DNA from: an uncultured delta proteobacterium
GTDB taxonomy: Bacteria; Desulfobacterota; BSN033; UBA1163
DNA length: 64,000 bases
Direction: 5' to 3'
Assembly (NCBI GenBank): GCA_963828805.1
Contig: CAWHGS010000021.1
Span: forward strand, 26,974-90,973
Under the pieces are notes generated by a model that worked only from the letters and a program-made list of their open reading frames with translations, was not told the DNA's origin and searched no databases. Below are positions 8,043 through 16,869 of this stretch, one piece after another; within the stretch, counting starts at the first letter, position 1, and the number at the start of each line of letters is the position of its first letter. Position numbers and translations under genes: made by a program.

Positions 8043-8077
8043 TCTGGTGTCTCAGGTCTGAACTCTGGTGTCTGAAT
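8043..8077 (+). repeat. 5 x heptamer TCTSRNN tandem array just upstream of ispA
   Basis: tctggtg tctcagg tctgaac tctggtg tctgaat. Confidence 0.85.
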
Positions 8078-8099
8078 TGCAGAATAAGGAAGAATTTCC

Positions 8100-9011
8100 G
8101 TGGACCTTCGAAGGTATCTTGAAGAGAAAAGGGGTGTCGTCGATTCGGCTCTCCAAAAGTGGTTTCCGCCTCTGGAAGGCACCCACAAGGATGTGACATT
8201 TCTTTCCTCTCTTCACCTGGCGATCCGCCATAGTCTGTTCGCCGGGGGGAAAAGGATTCGACCCATCCTGTGTTTGGCTGCCTATGAGGTGGCAGGGGGA
8301 AAGGGCGAGGGGATCCTTCCTGTTGCGTGCGCCCTCGAGATGATCCACACGTACTCTTTGATTCACGATGATCTTCCTTCCATTGATAACGACGATTACC
8401 GAAGGGGGAAACCAACCTGCCACAAAGTGTTTGGAGAGGCCATGGCTATTCTCGCCGGTGATGCCCTTCTAACAGAGGCTTTCAACATCATGACCGAGCG
8501 ACCTCCGGGAGAAAATTGGGGCGAAGGGTGGGCACACATTGAGGTCGTCAATCGGGTGGCCCGGGCCGCAGGGATTAACGGGATGGTGGGAGGCCAGGTG
8601 GTTGACATCGAATCCGAGGGAAAAGAAGTGGATCTCCCCACGCTTCAGTTCATGCATACCCATAAAACAGGAGCCATGCTTCTGGTCTCAGTGCAGGCCG
8701 GAGCAAGATTGGGAGGCGCCACGGAGGAAGGTTTCAAGGCCCTCACGCGATACGGGGAGCGGATCGGGCTTGCGTTTCAGATTGCAGATGATATTCTCGA
8801 TATTGAAGGAAAGGTCGAAATCCTTGGAAAAACCCCGGGGAGTGACCGTTCGAAAAAGAAGGCCACCTATCCCTCGGTGGTAGGCCTTGAGGAGTCAAGG
8901 AGGATGGCGGGGGAACTGGTTGAACGGGCAGTGGAGGCCCTAAGTCTTTTTGGAGCGGAGGCAGACCCCCTGAGGGAAATCGGACGGTTCATTGTTACGA
9001 GAAATTCCTGA
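8100..9011 (+). CDS. ispA: Polyprenyl (farnesyl/geranylgeranyl) diphosphate synthase
   Basis: GTG start. First Asp-rich motif LIHDDLPSIDNDDYRRG and second motif FQIADDILD. Sits in the classic xseB-ispA-dxs arrangement. Confidence 0.9.
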   Translation: MDLRRYLEEKRGVVDSALQKWFPPLEGTHKDVTFLSSLHLAIRHSLFAGGKRIRPILCLAAYEVAGGKGEGILPVACALEMIHTYSLIHDDLPSIDNDDYRRGKPTCHKVFGEAMAILAGDALLTEAFNIMTERPPGENWGEGWAHIEVVNRVARAAGINGMVGGQVVDIESEGKEVDLPTLQFMHTHKTGAMLLVSVQAGARLGGATEEGFKALTRYGERIGLAFQIADDILDIEGKVEILGKTPGSDRSKKKATYPSVVGLEESRRMAGELVERAVEALSLFGAEADPLREIGRFIVTRNS

Positions 9012-9093
9012 CAGAAGGAAGGATAATATTCCTACGTTGATTGATTCGATAGGCGTTGCAGACCTAACCCGGTGTGTCTCAAGAAACACAATC

Positions 9094-11007
9094 ATGACTA
9101 AATTACTGGAACAGATTCATTATTCGTTTGATGTTAAGAAACTTGACTTCGAGGAGATGGTACGTCTCTGCAGCGAGCTTCGGGAAGAGATTCTTTCGAC
9201 CGTATCCAAGAATGGAGGGCATCTCGCTTCCAATCTGGGAGTCGTGGAATTGACCCTTGCCCTGCATTATGTTTTCGATCTTCCGAGGGACAAGCTGGTC
9301 TGGGACGTGGGGCACCAGAGTTATGCCCATAAACTCCTGACGGGAAGAGAGGATCGTTTCCATACCCTGAGGCAGCACGGAGGGATCAGCGGGTTTCCAA
9401 AGAGGGAGGAGAGTCCTTACGACACGTTCGATTCGGGCCACAGCGGTACATCGATTTCTGCGGCCCTTGGAATGTCTGAAGCCCTCAGGCACAAAAGCGA
9501 CGGAGGAAAGGTCGTCGCGGTGATTGGAGATGGGTCGATGACCGCAGGCCTTGCCTTTGAAGGCCTGAATCAAAGCGGCCATATCAAACGGGATCTGATC
9601 GTGGTCCTGAATGATAATGAGATGTCGATTTCTCCGAATGTGGGCGCCCTCTCATCCTACCTCAACCGACTCATGTCCGGGGAGTTTATCAATCGGTTCC
9701 GGGACGAAATGATGGCCTTTCTTGAAACCCTTCCCGGCATCGGAAAATCGGTTTCCCGGTTTGCCAAACAGGCGGAGGAATCCCTGAAGGGTCTGCTGAT
9801 GCCGGGACTCCTCTTTGAGGAGCTCGGCTTCAAATACATCGGGCCCATCGATGGCCATCGTCTCGACTATCTGATTGAGACATTCCAGAACATCCGGAAG
9901 ATGAAGGGGCCGATCCTGGCCCATGTGGTGACCCGAAAGGGGAAGGGATATCCGCCGGCGGAAAAAAATCCTGCCCGTTTTCACAGTGTTTCCCCTTTTA
10001 ATGTCGAGACAGGGGAACCTCAGCGGACTGTGTCGAAGGACGTTCCGACTTTTACAGAGATTTTCGGGAAAACACTCTGCCAGCTCGCAAGAGACAATCA
10101 GCGTATTATCGGCATCACGGCAGCCATGCAGAGCGGCACAGGGCTGGAACTTTTTTCAAAAGAATTCCCCGATCGATTCTATGACATTGGAATTGCCGAA
10201 CAGCATGCGGTGACGTTTGCCGCCGGACTTGCCCTGGAGGGAATGAAACCGGTGGTGGCCATCTACTCCACTTTTCTCCAAAGGGCCTACGATCAGGTTC
10301 ACCAGGATGTCTGTCTTCAGAACCTCCCTGTCGTCTTTGCTCTGGACCGGGGCGGGGTCGTCGGAGAGGATGGCCCCACCCATCATGGTCTCTTCGATTT
10401 TTCTTACCTCCGCCATATCCCGAACCTCATCGTCATGGCGCCCAAGGATGAAAACGAATTTCAGCACATGATCCGGACCGCCATCGAATGTCCTAAGCCG
10501 GTTGCGTTCAGATATCCGAGAGGCAAAGGGATGGGTGTTAAGATGGACGACGAGAGCCATTCCATCGAGATTGGAAAGGGAGAGATCCTGAAGGAAGGTG
10601 AAGATGTGCTGATCTTGGCCATTGGTTCAACCGTCTATCCGGCCCTCCATGCATCCGAGCAACTGGAGAAGGATGGGGTTCATGCGGCGGTGATCAATAG
10701 CCGCTTCCTGAAACCCCTGGATGAGGAACTGCTCTGCCTCTGGGCAAGCAGGACCCGGAGAGTCGTCACAGTCGAAGAGAATGTTCTTCAGGGGGGGTTC
10801 GGCAGCGCGGTGCTCGAACTCTTTCAGGAGAGAGGACTTTCTTCGATCGAGGTCAGGCGCCTCGGCATTCCTGATCTCTTTGTCGAGAACGGTTCCCAAT
10901 CCTTTCTGAGAAACAAATACGGAATCGATTCGAATAGTATTGTCGAGGAAGTCAGGGTGATGCTGGGAAAACATTTGAAGAGTCACGCAACGATTCAAAG
11001 GCAGTGA
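9094..11007 (+). CDS. dxs: 1-deoxy-D-xylulose-5-phosphate synthase
   Basis: Inner ATG 9094 (MTKLLEQI..). Motifs GGHLASNLGVVELTLALH, WDVGHQSYAHKLLTGR, GDGSMTAG and IAEQHAVTFAAGLA. Confidence 0.95.
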   Translation: MTKLLEQIHYSFDVKKLDFEEMVRLCSELREEILSTVSKNGGHLASNLGVVELTLALHYVFDLPRDKLVWDVGHQSYAHKLLTGREDRFHTLRQHGGISGFPKREESPYDTFDSGHSGTSISAALGMSEALRHKSDGGKVVAVIGDGSMTAGLAFEGLNQSGHIKRDLIVVLNDNEMSISPNVGALSSYLNRLMSGEFINRFRDEMMAFLETLPGIGKSVSRFAKQAEESLKGLLMPGLLFEELGFKYIGPIDGHRLDYLIETFQNIRKMKGPILAHVVTRKGKGYPPAEKNPARFHSVSPFNVETGEPQRTVSKDVPTFTEIFGKTLCQLARDNQRIIGITAAMQSGTGLELFSKEFPDRFYDIGIAEQHAVTFAAGLALEGMKPVVAIYSTFLQRAYDQVHQDVCLQNLPVVFALDRGGVVGEDGPTHHGLFDFSYLRHIPNLIVMAPKDENEFQHMIRTAIECPKPVAFRYPRGKGMGVKMDDESHSIEIGKGEILKEGEDVLILAIGSTVYPALHASEQLEKDGVHAAVINSRFLKPLDEELLCLWASRTRRVVTVEENVLQGGFGSAVLELFQERGLSSIEVRRLGIPDLFVENGSQSFLRNKYGIDSNSIVEEVRVMLGKHLKSHATIQRQ

Positions 11008-11750
11008 AAAAGGAACGTCTCGATAACCTCCTGGTCGACCGAGGGCTGGTCTCAAGCCGGGAAAGGGCTAAGGCCCTGATTGTTGAGGGAAAGGTCCTTG
11101 TTGATCAGCAGAAGATCGATAAGCCCGGGGCAACGGTCCGTGTAGAGGCTCAACTCGAATTGACCGCCCAATTGCCCTATGTGAGCCGTGGAGGACTTAA
11201 ACTCGACGGTGCGCTGAGCGCCTTTGGGATCGATCCGGGGGGAATGGTGGTGATGGACGTAGGAGCTTCGACAGGAGGATTTACCGATTGTATCCTCCAG
11301 CGAGGCGCGAAGAAGGTTTATGCGGTGGATGTCGGCTATGGGCAGTTGGCCTGGAAACTGCGAAACGACCCGAGGGTGGTCAACCTGGAACGAGCCAATA
11401 TCCGCTACCTTCAACGAGAGGCGGTTGAGGAAGAAGGGGTCGACTTGATTCTCATCGATACCTCTTTTATTTCGATCGAAAAGTTCCTTCCCCACCTTCT
11501 TGGATTTTTAAAGGAAGGGGGGATCCTTGTGGGTCTGATTAAGCCCCAATTTGAAGTCGGAAAGGGAGAAGTGGGGAAGGGGGGCGTTGTCAAGGATCCC
11601 GCGTTGCATCAAAAGGCGATCGACCGGATCTCAGCGTTCAGCAGGGAATTGGGGTTGAGGGTTCTGGGCGTGGCCGAATCTCCTCTTCTCGGTCCCAAAG
11701 GAAACAAGGAATTCTTTATCCATTTGCTTAAGAAATCGCATAGCGCATAG
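11004..11750 (+). CDS. tlyA: TlyA-family rRNA 2'-O-methyltransferase (S4 + FtsJ domains)
   Basis: GTG overlaps the dxs stop. RLDNLLVDRGLVSSRERAKALI is the S4 domain and VMDVGASTGGFTDCIL is the SAM motif. Confidence 0.9.
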   Translation: MKKERLDNLLVDRGLVSSRERAKALIVEGKVLVDQQKIDKPGATVRVEAQLELTAQLPYVSRGGLKLDGALSAFGIDPGGMVVMDVGASTGGFTDCILQRGAKKVYAVDVGYGQLAWKLRNDPRVVNLERANIRYLQREAVEEEGVDLILIDTSFISIEKFLPHLLGFLKEGGILVGLIKPQFEVGKGEVGKGGVVKDPALHQKAIDRISAFSRELGLRVLGVAESPLLGPKGNKEFFIHLLKKSHSA

Positions 11751-11772
11751 GGCATAGGGCATAGCGTAACTA
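11738..11772 (+). repeat. Heptamer array GCATAGS x4 followed by GTAAC (same family as 14353-14387)
   Basis: gcatagc gcatagg gcatagg gcatagc gtaacta. It starts inside the last codons of tlyA. Confidence 0.9.
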
Positions 11773-11779
11773 ATTAAAT

Positions 11780-11963
11780 TAATTAGAGTCTGTCCATAGA
11801 CTCACGGTTTCCAAAAGGTTGTCATTCCGGCCCCGTACAGCCGGGGTAACTCCAGCCGGAATCATTCTTTCAAGAGGTTCTGGATGCCCCCGTATCAAGT
11901 ACGGGGCAGGCTCCTCAAGTCCGGCATGACGGAATAACGGACTTTATAAACAGACACTAATTA
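11780..11963. mobile_element. MITE-like 184-bp element with 14-bp terminal inverted repeats
   Basis: TAATTAGAGTCTGT (11780-11793) matches ACAGACACTAATTA (11950-11963) at 13/14 positions as an inverted repeat. The interior is non-coding with GTCATTCCGGCC..GCCGGAAT and CCCCGTA..TACGGGG hairpins. Confidence 0.4.
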
Positions 11964-12013
11964 GAGAATTACGTGTCCGTAACGCTTTAATTTCGATCCA
12001 TGATCGGTGGAGG

Positions 12014-12559
12014 ATGGGTAGACCCAAAGAAGCTCAAGACGCAAAACTCTTCGTAAGCCTGATCACTTCAGACGAGGTGCTTTTCGAGCAGGGATTGGTC
12101 GGTCTCGGCTCAACCTTTGGCGAGACGGACTGGGTAAGTGAAAGGTTTCCGTTCAACTTAACAGAATATTATTCGAAAGAAATGGGTTCGCCCCTCTTTC
12201 GCCACTTCATCACCTTTAAAGACCTGAGACCGATTCCAAGGCTTCCTGAAATTAAACTGACGACCAATCGTCTGGAAGAACAATGGGCCACGCGGGAGGG
12301 AAATCGGCGAATCAATCTCGATCCGGGCTACCTCTGCCTCCATCATGTGGTCCTTGCGACAACAAAGGGATATACCCATCGCCCCTATCTCCGGGATGGC
12401 ATCTACGCGGATCTAACGTTGATTTATCGAGATAAATCGTTTCAGCCTCTGGAATGGACCTATCCGGACTATCGGCAGGCTTCCGTAATTGATTTCTTCA
12501 ATCAAGTCCGAAAGCGATACCTCAATGGCTTGAAGCAAGGAGTGAACGATCCATGTTAA
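12014..12559 (+). CDS. DUF4416-family protein
   Basis: 181 aa. KLFVSLI..., INLDPGYL and HRPYLRDGIYADLTL match my recollection of DUF4416, which commonly sits next to yicC/gmk in deltaproteobacteria-like genomes. Confidence 0.55.
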   Translation: MGRPKEAQDAKLFVSLITSDEVLFEQGLVGLGSTFGETDWVSERFPFNLTEYYSKEMGSPLFRHFITFKDLRPIPRLPEIKLTTNRLEEQWATREGNRRINLDPGYLCLHHVVLATTKGYTHRPYLRDGIYADLTLIYRDKSFQPLEWTYPDYRQASVIDFFNQVRKRYLNGLKQGVNDPC

Positions 12560-13431
12560 AATCCATGACAGGCTTTGGAAGGGAAGAAGGAGAGACAACG
12601 CTCGGGAAGGTGGGCGTTGAAATCCGATCCATCAACCATCGGTATTGCGATATCAATCTAAAATTGCCCAGGAGATTCAACCCTCTTGAGGCCCGGATCA
12701 AAGAGATGATCCGAGCCGAGGTTGCGAGAGGAAGGGTCGATGTCGCCGTCAAACTTGATGCGAAAGGAGAAGGAAAGATCCAGTTCGATGTGGACCTCTC
12801 CCTTGCCGAACAGTACTACAGGGCCCTCCATGTCCTTAAGGAAAGATTCCAACTCCAAGGGGAGATCACTCTGGAGCATCTGGCCGGCGCAAAGGATTTG
12901 ATCACGGCAAAAGAAGAGGTGGAGGATGTGGAGGCTTACTGGCCTGAGATCGTTGCTGTCCTGAAGCAATCCCTACGAGACATGGATCAAATGAAACGAA
13001 ACGAGGGAATCAGTCTCGGGAAGGACCTCGGGCAACGGTTGGACCGCATCTCCCAATTATTAGGGGATGTTCGGGACAAATTGCCCTTGACGCTGAAGAC
13101 CTATCAGGAACGGTTCAAGGAGAGGCTTCGTACGCTTCTCGACGGGACGGAAATGGATCCTGTCCGTTTCCAGCAGGAGATTGCCTCCTGGGTGGAACGG
13201 ACCGATATCACGGAAGAGCTGGTCCGGGCAGAGAGCCATCTGACCCAATTTCGAGGCCTCCTTGTGAGCGAGGAACCGGTCGGTCGAAAGATGGATTTTC
13301 TCCTCCAGGAGATCCATCGGGAGGTCAATACGATCAGTTCCAAGGTGAACGACGCAGAATTTTCGCAGAAGGCCGTAGAGATCAAGAGTGAACTCGAAAA
13401 GATCCGAGAGCAGGTCCAAAATATCGAATAG
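12553..13431 (+). CDS. yicC: YicC-family protein (stress-induced endoribonuclease family)
   Basis: MLKSMTGFGRE N-terminus, C-terminal DFLLQEIHREVNTISSK, 292 aa. Confidence 0.85.
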   Translation: MLKSMTGFGREEGETTLGKVGVEIRSINHRYCDINLKLPRRFNPLEARIKEMIRAEVARGRVDVAVKLDAKGEGKIQFDVDLSLAEQYYRALHVLKERFQLQGEITLEHLAGAKDLITAKEEVEDVEAYWPEIVAVLKQSLRDMDQMKRNEGISLGKDLGQRLDRISQLLGDVRDKLPLTLKTYQERFKERLRTLLDGTEMDPVRFQQEIASWVERTDITEELVRAESHLTQFRGLLVSEEPVGRKMDFLLQEIHREVNTISSKVNDAEFSQKAVEIKSELEKIREQVQNIE

Positions 13432-13440
13432 GAGGGGACA

Positions 13441-14101
13441 TTGCGAAGCGGGGTCGAATTAAAGAAGAGAGGGAGTGGCCTTGTTTTCATCATCTCCGCT
13501 CCTTCCGGCGCCGGCAAGACCACGCTGATCCGGAAGGTGATGGAGGAGCTTTTGGGGCTTCAGTTTTCGGTCTCCTACACCACACGCCCGCCCAGAACAG
13601 GAGAACAAGAAGGGAAAGATTATCATTTTGTTTCCACCGCGCACTTTTATGAAAATGGTGGAAAGAGACGACTTTCTGGAGTGGGCCGAAGTCCTGGGGA
13701 ACTATTATGGTACGGAGAGGCCCAATCTCGAAAACCTCGAACTGGAAGGGAAGGACCTGATCATGGATATCGATATTCAGGGAGCCCGGAAGGTTCTTCA
13801 GGAGATGAGCCATGCCGTGGCGGTTTTCGTCCTTCCTCCTTCCCCGGAAGCCCTCAGAGAACGTCTTGTGGGGAGAGGGCTTGATCTGCCTGAAGTCATC
13901 CAGCGCCGTCTCACCAACGCCAAGAAGGAGATCGAAGAGGCTCATCGATACCGGTATGTGATTCTTAACGAAAGGCTGGAGGAGGCGGTGGAGACCCTGA
14001 AGGCGATTATTCTGGCCGAACGTTGTCAGAAAGAGAAACGGTCAATCTTCGAAATAAAAATGAAGGAATGGGAGGCTTATCATGGCAAGAATCACGGTTG
14101 A
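13441..14101 (+). CDS. gmk: Guanylate kinase, one frameshift at the A run 13652-13655
   Basis: ORF 13441.. carries the P-loop [12 protein letters not shown] and [23 protein letters not shown] 13628..14101 continues with [27 protein letters not shown]. The gene is essential, so the break is most likely a sequence error. Confidence 0.85.
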
Positions 14102-14309
14102 AGACTGTTTGAAAAAAGTGGATAGCCGGTTTGAGTTGGTGATCCTCGCAGGGCGGAGGGCGAAAATGCTTATGAAAGGAGCCAAACCCCTGGTCGAGAG
14201 ACATAATCGCCCCATCGTGACCGCTCTTCGAGAGATCGCATCCGGGAAGGTGAAGTTCATAGATCCGAGGGAGAAGGGACTGAGTGACAAGCCTGCGGAT
14301 CATGCCTAG
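14082..14309 (+). CDS. rpoZ: DNA-directed RNA polymerase omega subunit
   Basis: [30 protein letters not shown] is the canonical RpoZ N-terminus. The gmk-rpoZ arrangement is conserved. Confidence 0.9.
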   Translation: MARITVEDCLKKVDSRFELVILAGRRAKMLMKGAKPLVERHNRPIVTALREIASGKVKFIDPREKGLSDKPADHA

Positions 14310-14352
14310 AAAGTTCGCTGCTGAGTCGGACAACTTAATGACTTAGAAAATC

Positions 14353-14387
14353 GCATGGCGCATAGGGCATAGCGCATAGCGTAACTT
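14353..14387 (+). repeat. Heptamer array GCATRGS x4 followed by GTAAC (second copy of the 11738 family)
   Basis: gcatggc gcatagg gcatagc gcatagc gtaactt. It is preceded by agaaaatc, as at 11731. Confidence 0.9.
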
Positions 14388-14417
14388 CATAAACCAAGAA
14401 CCGGTTTCATGGTTCGA

Positions 14418-14449
14418 GCCTGCCTACCGAAGCCTTGGCGCAGGCAGGC
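14418..14449. repeat. GCCTGCCT...AGGCAGGC hairpin (CCTGCC family)
   Basis: 8-bp stem (14418-14425 with 14442-14449) and a 16-nt loop. Confidence 0.75.
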
Positions 14450-14576
14450 GTTTCCCGTGTCCGTAACTCTTTGAATTATCATGCTTCGAGGGCGCACAAA
14501 CGGCCCTCCGTCTCCCTGCTGCCTTGTTTTGCCTCTGGGGCCATGTTATCATTTTTTTTGGCTTGAAGTCTGAGTC

Positions 14577-15947
14577 ATGATCACAAGAGAAGCAAAGAAA
14601 GGATTTTGGAACGTGGAGAAGAATGGCTATCGGGAAAGGGTACTGGGGATCTACCAATTGATGAATGATCACCTTTATTTTAACCGCCCGGACCTTGAAA
14701 TCAAAGGAGAAAAATATAATTCAGCGATTCTGTTTAGCCTCCTCACGGCTCTTAAGCAGGGTAAAGAGTTGATTATCGGCGAACCCGGATTAGGGAAAAC
14801 GACCTCGGCGGAATTTATCTGTTCTCTGATTTACCAATTCCCCCTTGGGATGATTTGGGCAAGCGAGGTCTCGGGCCATCCGGAGCAGACAGAAGAAAAG
14901 ATCATTGGCCGCCCGGACCTCGGGAAATTGAACCAGGGAGAGGAGGAGGTGGTGTGGACCAACTTCACCCAGATTCCAGCCAAGATCGTCGATGAGATCA
15001 ATCGCCTGCCTGAAACCAAACAGAGCATGATTCTCGACGGTGTGGACCGGGGAAACTGGGAATACCTGAATGAGATGATCATCAACGAGGAATACTGTCT
15101 GTTTGCCACTGCCAACTATCAGGATGGGGGGACCAACACCCTCATCGCACCCTTGGTGGACCGATTCGACGTGATGATTGAATCGAAATACCCGGGAGCC
15201 AATCTCTCCTTTCAGGTAGGAAAGAACAGCCGGAAGGATCACTTTCTTCGGCACCCCAAGATCGAAAAAGAGTTTCATCGCCTCTTTAAATCGAAGATTG
15301 CCTATGACAAGAAAATGGCTAAGATGGAAGAACTCTGCGACACCTTCGGTGAATTTGTGCACGACACGCTTGGGGTCAGGCCCCTTCAGAAGCGTGACCG
15401 GGAACAGATTCGCGCTGAAATGGAAGACCTGGCCTATGATCTGGACGCGAGTGCCTTTACGCGGATGGTCCTGGCCGAATTCTCATTTTGTGAGCATTAC
15501 GGGCAGAAACGGTCGGTCGAGAACTGCGAAGAGGGATGTCATTACTCCGGCTACCTCTGTCACGAAGTCAAGAATTGCGCCTCTAACCGATTGCCCACTT
15601 CAATCAAACAGTATGCTCAGGGATTGGCATGGCTCTTACAGGATTCGGAGATTGATATCGAACATATCAAGTCCGTCATCCCCTTCACGCTGGCCCACCG
15701 GGTTCAATGGAAGGATCAGGTTCTCTCCCAGAAGGAACGGGCGAAGCGAGACGACCCTTTTTCCATCTACCTCGTGAAGGAGGCCGTCAAGGTCATCTTA
15801 CAGAGATACCGAGAACAGAGTGATCATCTCAAGGATGCTTTGGCCGTGGGTTCAAGAATCTTCCAGGGGGAATCGCTTGAGCCTCTGGAAGGAGACCACC
15901 CTCTCTACCAGGAGATCAGGAAAGATCTCGAGCGGAAGAAACATTAA
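14577..15947 (+). CDS. MoxR-like AAA+ ATPase with C-terminal five-Cys cluster
   Basis: Walker A GEPGLGKT, Walker B AKIVDEINR, sensor-1 CLFATAN, APLVDRF. C305-x11-C-x3-C-x6-C-x5-C334 maps to 15489-15578. The start is uncertain (14577 or 14661). Confidence 0.8.
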   Translation: MITREAKKGFWNVEKNGYRERVLGIYQLMNDHLYFNRPDLEIKGEKYNSAILFSLLTALKQGKELIIGEPGLGKTTSAEFICSLIYQFPLGMIWASEVSGHPEQTEEKIIGRPDLGKLNQGEEEVVWTNFTQIPAKIVDEINRLPETKQSMILDGVDRGNWEYLNEMIINEEYCLFATANYQDGGTNTLIAPLVDRFDVMIESKYPGANLSFQVGKNSRKDHFLRHPKIEKEFHRLFKSKIAYDKKMAKMEELCDTFGEFVHDTLGVRPLQKRDREQIRAEMEDLAYDLDASAFTRMVLAEFSFCEHYGQKRSVENCEEGCHYSGYLCHEVKNCASNRLPTSIKQYAQGLAWLLQDSEIDIEHIKSVIPFTLAHRVQWKDQVLSQKERAKRDDPFSIYLVKEAVKVILQRYREQSDHLKDALAVGSRIFQGESLEPLEGDHPLYQEIRKDLERKKH

Positions 15948-16008
15948 GTCAGCCTCAGCCTCTCGCTTCCGTGATGCAGGACGGGCATTCATGTGAACTC
16001 ATATCATC

Positions 16009-16773
16009 ATGAAGACAGCACCAGAGCATAAGAGAGAACAGCCAGAACATTCAGAGCCCGTAGACCGGTTGACCCAAAACCCCTTCGAAGAATTTGGCGC
16101 CTTCGCCGTTTCCCCCAGGAAACTGCCTCTTGATGAGATTGTTCATTCGACCGAGGTGGTCATGGACCGAATCCGCAAGGGTTACGAAAAGCTCCTGGAA
16201 GAGGAGGCCAAAGAGCTGGTCTGGATGGTTCAGTACAATACGATCATCAAGGCCTATGAAGTCGCAGAGCGGTATGTCAAGGAGATCGAATATGCAGCAG
16301 AGGACATCGAGGATTTCTGTTTTGCCCTGGAGAACACCCAGAAGATCCCTTATCTGATCCCTGGACCCGCGGGTCTCTACATTTCCGCCCTATGCAACTA
16401 CGTTCAGGAAGAAGAGATTCTGCTTAAGCTTTCAGAACTGAAAACAGAGATCAACCTATTAGGGTTTCGGCTTCCTAAAGGGAAGCGTCTGATGATCGAG
16501 GGAGACACGGGTGATTTCACGGGAATCGGGGTCGAGGGCGGAGAATTGGTGATTGAGGGAAACGCCAAGAACTGGACCGGGGCCGGGATGCGAAGCGGCA
16601 AGATCCTGGTACGGAAGAATATCGGTCTCCATACCGGAGAATGGATGATGGGAGGGGAGATCCATGTGGGCGGCCGAGTCAGGGGCCTCGGAAATATCGT
16701 CGAGGGAAAGGTCTATGAAAGGGACAAGCTTGTTTACCCCGGGAAAGCCCGTTATCCCAATCTTTACTACTGA
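16009..16773 (+). CDS. GXGXG-motif beta-helix protein (GltB C-terminal domain / FwdC-like), stand-alone
   Basis: The C-terminal half KRLMIEGDTGDFTGIGVEGGELVIEGNAKNWTGAGMRSGKILVRKNIGLHTGEWMMGGEIHVGGRV shows the repeated G-x-G rungs of that fold. The N-terminal ~140 aa are unrecognised. Confidence 0.65.
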   Translation: MKTAPEHKREQPEHSEPVDRLTQNPFEEFGAFAVSPRKLPLDEIVHSTEVVMDRIRKGYEKLLEEEAKELVWMVQYNTIIKAYEVAERYVKEIEYAAEDIEDFCFALENTQKIPYLIPGPAGLYISALCNYVQEEEILLKLSELKTEINLLGFRLPKGKRLMIEGDTGDFTGIGVEGGELVIEGNAKNWTGAGMRSGKILVRKNIGLHTGEWMMGGEIHVGGRVRGLGNIVEGKVYERDKLVYPGKARYPNLYY

Positions 16774-16869
16774 GAAGGAGTGAAAAAAAACACATTGCCC
16801 GCGTCACGGTCATTCCGGCCCGCAGGGCCGAGGCAGAGGCAACCATTTTTTTACACGTTCTGAGTTTCA

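Noticed and set aside
13640-13660. Programmed ribosomal frameshifting or genuine pseudogenisation as the explanation for the split genes (gmk, korA, folE2, cinA, mobA and others)
   Set aside because: The shifts hit many unrelated genes, including essential ones. They occur in both directions and sit at simple homopolymers without slippery heptamers or downstream structures. One pair compensates within 55 nt. Sequencing or assembly indels are the economical explanation, but this cannot be proven without reads.
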